A stretch of DNA of 64,000 nucleotides from Vulcanimicrobiota bacterium (GTDB taxonomy: Bacteria; Vulcanimicrobiota; Vulcanimicrobiia; Vulcanimicrobiales; Vulcanimicrobiaceae). Shown here in pieces: positions 58,972 to 64,000 of the stretch. The stretch covers positions 1,952,001 to 2,016,000 of the forward strand of contig CAVTCS010000003.1 in NCBI GenBank assembly GCA_963733295.1, read 5' to 3'. The notes under the pieces were generated by a model. That model was not told the origin of the DNA, ran no database searches, and was given only the letters and a program-made list of their open reading frames with translations. Position numbers and translations under genes: made by a program. Numbering within the stretch: position 1 is the stretch's first letter; each line of letters begins with the position of its first letter.

Positions 58972-60494
58972 TTAAAAATCGGCGAGTCGATCGAGCGCTT
59001 TGTCTTCATCATCTGTGATCGCGCTCGCTTGATAGCGCGGATCGTTGACGATGAACGCGAACGCGACGCGTCCGTGATGGTGCGTCAGCACCGTGCCGAC
59101 GAGCCCGTTGACGCCTTCGATGTGACCGCTCTTCGCACGCGCGCGTCCAAGCGAGTCGCTCAAATTGTGATGCACGACGGTTCCCTCGAGTCCGACGCGC
59201 GGAAGTCCGCGCAGAAAATCACCGCCGGCCGGAGCCGCCAGTTCGGCCGCGACGAGCTTGGCCAATTCGATCGGTTCGACCCGATCGTCCGGCGAAAACC
59301 GCTCCCGTCGTACACCGTCATCCCCGCGCGCGAGACGCCCAGCCGCGCGAGTTCGCGGCGCTCCGCCGAGATGCCGTTCGCATCGGTTCCCGGCTTTCCG
59401 TAGCGTTGCGCGAGCGTGCGTAAGAGTTGTTCGGCGCTATGGTTGTTCGAATTCGTCAACATCTCGGCGACGATTGCGGACAGCGGTTGCGAGCGGTGCG
59501 TCCATAGCGGTTGCGCGGCAAGCGGCGCCGGACCGGTTTCGAGTTGGCCGTCGGAAGCGATGCCGCGCTCGGCGAGCATCAACTTGAGCGAGCCGAGGAC
59601 GTACTCTCGCACGTTGGTGACGGGCTTCCAAAACTTTTGGGTCTCACCCGCGGCGATGTGACCGTCGAGGTGAAAGTCGTTGGATTGCGGAGTGGGCGCG
59701 GAGACCGGATCCGCTGCGACCCGCTCGATCGACACGAACGAGTCGCTCGAAGCGGAAACGGTCGCGATAGAACCGTCGAGACGAACCAGATCGTTGGGCG
59801 GCTCGATCGTCACGAGCGCCGGCTCGCCCGCCGCGCCCGGGGCGACGTGAAACTCGATGGTATTTCCGTCGAGCGAGAAGGCGCTCGTGGGAGCCGCGTA
59901 GGCCTCGTCGAGATCGTCGCTCTCCCAGTGTGGATTGACGGCAGGTCCTGAAAACGCGGTTTCGTCCAGGATAATCGGACCGCCGATTCGTGTGACGCCG
60001 GCTCGAACCAACGCTCCGACGCCCGCACGCAAATCGTTCGAAGCGAGCAGCGGATCGCCGCCGCCGACGAGCCACAACGGCCCATGGATCTCGCCCCGCT
60101 CGTCGGGCGGCGCGAGCGCGACGAAACGCGTCACGAAACGATGCTGCGGCCCATAGGCGTTGAGCGCGCTGGCCGCGACGATCAGTTTGAGCGTCGAAGC
60201 CGGCGCGAGCGGCACACCGGCGCGATGCGCGAAGAGCGTCGTCCCGTCGGCGCCGACGACCGCCAGACCCGCACCGTCCTGCAGCACGTCCGCATCGAGT
60301 GTCGCGCCCAGCGCTTGCGTCAAAGCGGCGCGCTGGTTCGGCGTCCAAGGCGGAGGCGAAGCCGAGGCAGTCGGCGCCGGCGTCGGTTGCGGCGTCGCTG
60401 CCGTCGCCGCGCTCTTCTGCGGCGGCGAAGAACAGCCCGTGACGGCGAACGCGAAGATCAGAACGAGCCCGCGCACCGCGCGCGACGCGCTCAA
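58972..60494 (-). CDS. dacB: D-Ala-D-Ala carboxypeptidase/endopeptidase (PBP4, S13), lipoprotein, one apparent frameshift at ~59296
   Basis: AVTG-C lipobox, PASTLK (SxxK), GGGDP, SNN (SxN), DGSG, then after a shift in a T-run SPDDRV...RAKSGHI (KTG-like). TTG start overlaps the mmcB stop. Confidence 0.88.
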
Positions 60495-61054
60495 ATGCCG
60501 GCACCCTCGGCGAAGCTCTCGTCGCTGCTGCCGCCGCCGCGCAATCCCAGCCCGAGCGTCTCGAGCAGAGCGATCCATTCGGCGTCGGCGACCTGGTCGC
60601 GCAAACGCCGCGACGGACGCACCGCGCGCAGACAGTCTTCGCGCAGGATCGTCAGCCCGAAGCGTCGCGCGCGGCGCATCCGTTCGAACTCGGGGGGCCC
60701 GTACTCGATCAAGCCGACGTCACGCGCGAGCTCCCAGCGCTGGATCGCGCCGGCCGGCGCCACGAACGCGAAGTGCGTGCAGTAGTCCAGGTAGCGTTCC
60801 CACTTGGAATCGCTCAGAAAGTCGCCGCGCGACGACTTCACTTCGTAGATGCGGACTTGGCGCGTATGGCGTGCGATGCCGACGACGTCGAAGCGAACGC
60901 CCGAATTCGCCGGAGCGAACTCGTTGCCGACGTAGGCATATCCGAGTGCGCGCATGCGATCGGTGGCGAGCCGCAACAACTCGGCGCCGGCAAGCGCGCG
61001 GCCGGCAGCGGGCGTGAGCGGGATGTAATCGATCGAATGCCCGAGCGCGCTCAT
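60491..61054 (-). CDS. mmcB: MmcB-family PD-(D/E)xK DNA repair protein
   Basis: RFDVVGI...IYEVKSSRGDFLSDSKWERYLDYCTHFAFVAP...DVGLI. Confidence 0.78.
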   Translation of the reverse strand: MSALGHSIDYIPLTPAAGRALAGAELLRLATDRMRALGYAYVGNEFAPANSGVRFDVVGIARHTRQVRIYEVKSSRGDFLSDSKWERYLDYCTHFAFVAPAGAIQRWELARDVGLIEYGPPEFERMRRARRFGLTILREDCLRAVRPSRRLRDQVADAEWIALLETLGLGLRGGGSSDESFAEGAGI

Positions 61055-62502
61055 TCGCGCTCCCAGCGGAGAATGGCGAGCGCGTCGGGCACGGGCGCGT
61101 CGCACCACGTGAAATAGTACTCGCGCGGCGGCAAATCCACGAACGAGTACGCATGACTCCCGCCGTCGCTGACATGTGCGCACGCGCGCTCGAGGTGCGC
61201 GCGGATGTCCGGCCGCGACGAAAGCGGCTCCTTGTCGACGAACAACGCGCGCGCCGGACGCATGGAATCGGGATACCACGCCCGCGCCTCCCGGCCTTGC
61301 CAATCGTAACCGATCACGACGGGGGCCACACCTGCGTCGAAGTCGATTACCGAGGAGAAGCCGTAGCCGTCGGTCATCACGATCGCGTCCCTGCTCGCGG
61401 CCCAGCGCTTGGCGTCATCCGCGACGGCCGCGTAGCTCATGATCTCGAACGGGCCACTGTTGCGCAAGTGGATCCCGGCAAGTTCGGCGAGCGTGTAGAG
61501 CTGCGCCGGCCTGATCGTGGCGGCGAAGAGCAAGGCGAGCAAGAGACACGCCGGCACGGCCGTCACCACCGCCCAGATCCGCGCACTGCGAGGTGCGAGC
61601 CGCACGTAGGCGAGTCCCAGCATCACGCACAGCGAGGCGAAGAATCCGAAGATCCAATACGTCTCGACCCGCTCGAACAGCGAGAGCGCCATCACGAGCG
61701 CGAACTGCGGCAAGGCCGTCCAGGCCAGAAACGCGTTCCTCGGCCGCAGCGCGCAGACGAGCACCGCGAGCCAAATCCCAGGCGTGTAAGCGATCGCTTG
61801 TGCCGCCAATATCGCGGGCAGGGTGAACTGCCTGCGCTCTTCGTGACGGTGCAAGAGTGCGAAAGTCCACGTGATCCAGCCGTGCTGCGCGTTCCAAACG
61901 AGCCACGGCAGACAGACGAGCACGCACGCGCCGAGCGCGAAAGGCATGCCGCGCTTCCAGACTGCGCGCTGCTGCGGCGCGAGCGAGTACGCGACGACGC
62001 CGAAGATGAGCGCCACACCGAGTACGCGCGACAAAAGCACGCCGCCCAGCGCGAATCCCAGCAGCAGCCAAAAGATCAATTCGTCGCGGCCGAAGGCGCG
62101 CGCTCCGAACCACAGCGCGAGCGACCAAAACATCAGATACGGCCCGTCGGGCGTGGCAGTCCCGAAAGCGAGCGACGCGAGCGGCGTTAGCGTCATGGCG
62201 AGCGCCGCGACCCCGCCCGCGCGGCGATCCCCCGAGATTTCGATCGCGCAGGCCGCGAGCGCCAGCGCCGTGACGACGCCGCAGAGTACGAACCCGAGAC
62301 GAACGACGCCCGGAGCGTGTCCGAGCGGAGCGAAGGCCGCGATCGTCCAGGCGACTGCGGGCGGGTGATCGACATATCCGAAAGCGAGCCGGCGGCTCCA
62401 CTCCCAGTAGTACGCTTCGTCCCCGGTCATCGGCAGCGCGAACGCGGCGATCGCGCGCAACACGAAGATCAGCGCGATCGCGCACCACACGCCGCGGATC
62501 AC
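61051..62502 (-). CDS. ArnT/PMT-like (GT-C, family 39/83) membrane glycosyltransferase
   Basis: DEAYYWEWSRRLAFGYVDHPP, TPDGP, PWLVWNAQHGW and many TMs. GTGA overlap with the SDR. Confidence 0.85.
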   Translation of the reverse strand: MIRGVWCAIALIFVLRAIAAFALPMTGDEAYYWEWSRRLAFGYVDHPPAVAWTIAAFAPLGHAPGVVRLGFVLCGVVTALALAACAIEISGDRRAGGVAALAMTLTPLASLAFGTATPDGPYLMFWSLALWFGARAFGRDELIFWLLLGFALGGVLLSRVLGVALIFGVVAYSLAPQQRAVWKRGMPFALGACVLVCLPWLVWNAQHGWITWTFALLHRHEERRQFTLPAILAAQAIAYTPGIWLAVLVCALRPRNAFLAWTALPQFALVMALSLFERVETYWIFGFFASLCVMLGLAYVRLAPRSARIWAVVTAVPACLLLALLFAATIRPAQLYTLAELAGIHLRNSGPFEIMSYAAVADDAKRWAASRDAIVMTDGYGFSSVIDFDAGVAPVVIGYDWQGREARAWYPDSMRPARALFVDKEPLSSRPDIRAHLERACAHVSDGGSHAYSFVDLPPREYYFTWCDAPVPDALAILRWERE

Positions 62503-63251
62503 TCGTGCGGTTCCACCGAACCTCCGCTGACGCGCAGCACCACGCCGTTCAGAAACTCGGCCTCGCCGGCGACGAGGATCCGCACGGCGTAAGCGACGTC
62601 TTCCCACGAGCCCGCGTGTCCCGTGGGATTATTGGCGGGCACGGCCGCCGCCGCGTTCCGATCTTCCGTCTTGTCGCGAATGTCACCAGGCTGGACCACG
62701 TTGACCGTGATACCGTTCGCCGCCTCTTCGAGCGCAAGGGTACGCGCGAACGCGACGACGCCGGCCTTCGCAGCCGCGTAGAGACTCATCTTGTACGAAG
62801 GGTTCGTGACCTCCGAACCGTTCATACCAAAGAAGATCAAGCGCCCGAAACGGCGGGCGCGCATTCCCGGCAGCACCGCGAACGCCGCCTCGACCGCACT
62901 CGTAAGGTTTCCGTCGACCATGCTGTGGTAGTCGTCGAGCGTCGATTCCGCAAAACGCTTGACGACGATCGGTCCGACCGCGTGGACGAGAATGTCGAGC
63001 CGCCCGAGTTTGGCTTCGGCTTCGTGCACGCTGCGCTCGGTCTCGCCGGGTTTTTCGTGATCCGCCGCGATCGCGAACGGCTCGCCGCCGCCGGCTGCGC
63101 GCAGCTCGGCCAGCGTCGCGTCCGGCGGCGTTCCGCCCGGCCGGTACGTGATCGCGATGCGGTCGCCCCGCTCCGCGAGTACGCGCGCAATGCCTCTTGC
63201 TAAACCGCGCGCCGCCGCCGTTACGAGGACGGCGCGTTGTGGCTCGCTCAG
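62499..63251 (-). CDS. short-chain dehydrogenase/reductase (SDR)
   Basis: A continuous frame from CTG 63251 reads LSEPQRAVLVTAAARGLARGIA...LDILVHAVG...YAAAK...NVVQPGDI. The ORF track captured only the last 176 aa. Confidence 0.88.
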   Translation of the reverse strand: MSEPQRAVLVTAAARGLARGIARVLAERGDRIAITYRPGGTPPDATLAELRAAGGGEPFAIAADHEKPGETERSVHEAEAKLGRLDILVHAVGPIVVKRFAESTLDDYHSMVDGNLTSAVEAAFAVLPGMRARRFGRLIFFGMNGSEVTNPSYKMSLYAAAKAGVVAFARTLALEEAANGITVNVVQPGDIRDKTEDRNAAAAVPANNPTGHAGSWEDVAYAVRILVAGEAEFLNGVVLRVSGGSVEPHE

Positions 63252-64000
63252 ACCCTAACCGGCGACCGCTCGAAGTCGGGTACGCCGAGCTCCGGTTCCG
63301 TACCTCGCGCGTGCTTCTGCTCCCGGCGCTCGACCCAGCCCATGATCCACGTGTACATGACGGGCACGAGCGCGAGCGTCAAAATCAGCGAACTGATCAA
63401 TCCGCCGATAAGCACCGTCCCCATCGAGGCGCGCTCTTCTGCGCCCTCGGTAAGACCGAGTGAGAGCGGCAGCATGCCGAAGACCATCGCGCACGTCGTC
63501 ATCAAGATCGGACGGAAGCGAGTCGCCGCCGCCGCCTTCATCGCGTCGACGACGTTCAAGCCTTTACGCCGCTGCTGGTTCGAGTAGTCGACCAGCAAGA
63601 TACCGTTCTTCGCCACGAGGCCGAACAGCATGATGATGGCGATCAGCGAGAACAGGTTGAGCGTCTGATGCCGGATCGCAAGACCGCAGAGCGCGCCCAC
63701 AATCGCTACCGGTACCGAGAACATCACGATGAACGGCTCGAGGAACGAGCCGTACAGGATCACCATCAACATATAGACTAGACAGAACGAGGTCAACAGG
63801 GCGATCCCCATGCTGCTGAACGTATCGGCGTACAGCTGCGAGTCGCCGTCGTCGGATCCCGCATCGACTCCGTTGGGCATGAAGCCCGGCGTTTTCAGCG
63901 CCTTCTGAACCGGCGCCAGGACGTCGCCGAGGGTTACGGACGTGTTGTGATCGATCGCGCCGAACACGCGCACCACCCGCTCGCGATCTTGGCGCTCGAT
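63248..64000 (-). CDS. RND efflux permease (AcrB family), C-terminal part (truncated by window end)
   Basis: LVYMLMVILYGS, GLVAKNGILLVD, RFRPILMTT, GMLPL, IGGLISSLILTL. Confidence 0.92.
   Translation of the reverse strand: MERQDRERVVRVFGAIDHNTSVTLGDVLAPVQKALKTPGFMPNGVDAGSDDGDSQLYADTFSSMGIALLTSFCLVYMLMVILYGSFLEPFIVMFSVPVAIVGALCGLAIRHQTLNLFSLIAIIMLFGLVAKNGILLVDYSNQQRRKGLNVVDAMKAAAATRFRPILMTTCAMVFGMLPLSLGLTEGAEERASMGTVLIGGLISSLILTLALVPVMYTWIMGWVERREQKHARGTEPELGVPDFERSPVRV

Noticed and set aside
63029..63251. Frameshift in the SDR N-terminus
   Set aside because: Manual translation shows one continuous frame. The truncation in the ORF track is due only to the CTG start.
1..64000. Numerous long antisense or alternate-frame ORFs (e.g. 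17565-19793 +, 9091-10317 +, 35967-37229 -)
   Set aside because: They are Arg/Ala-rich shadow ORFs expected at high GC. They overlap well-supported genes and have no motifs.

Overview
This is a 64 kb, GC-rich, gene-dense bacterial chromosomal segment of about 60 CDS. I saw no rRNA, tRNA, CRISPR array, integrase or transposase. The gene style (futalosine menaquinone genes, sedolisin, cyclase-STAND-TPR protein, Cys-rich lipoproteins) resembles soil lineages such as Vulcanimicrobiota/Eremiobacterota, but that is only an impression. Main contents: ETF:quinone oxidoreductase divergent from a LarA-family racemase; glcDEF plus a second glcDE pair; a sulfatase; an orphan gltB; a bkdA1-bkdA2-bkdB-queD-queE-mqnB-(DUF5069)-mqnD run; namZ; a haloacetate-dehalogenase-like hydrolase; an adenylate cyclase-NB-ARC-TPR protein; pepP; a redox cluster (bcp, trxB, HTH-MBL hydrolase, AT-rich rhodanese); an ABC-2 exporter; ACT-malic enzyme; dacB; mmcB; a GT-C glycosyltransferase; an SDR; and the end of an RND pump. 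Eight single-base frameshifts in five otherwise intact genes look like sequencing or assembly indels. The most notable observations are: (1) three consecutive co-oriented genes that each appear to lack catalytic or phospho-acceptor residues (OmpR-type regulator, beta-propeller/phosphoesterase, DDAH-fold protein); (2) non-canonical starts (CTG in CTGA stop/start overlaps for queD and the SDR, ATC for namZ); (3) a candidate 2-hydroxy-acid racemisation/oxidation locus; and (4) a shared 11-bp-period direct-repeat box upstream of two exported-protein genes. All family calls come from motif recognition by eye, with no database search.
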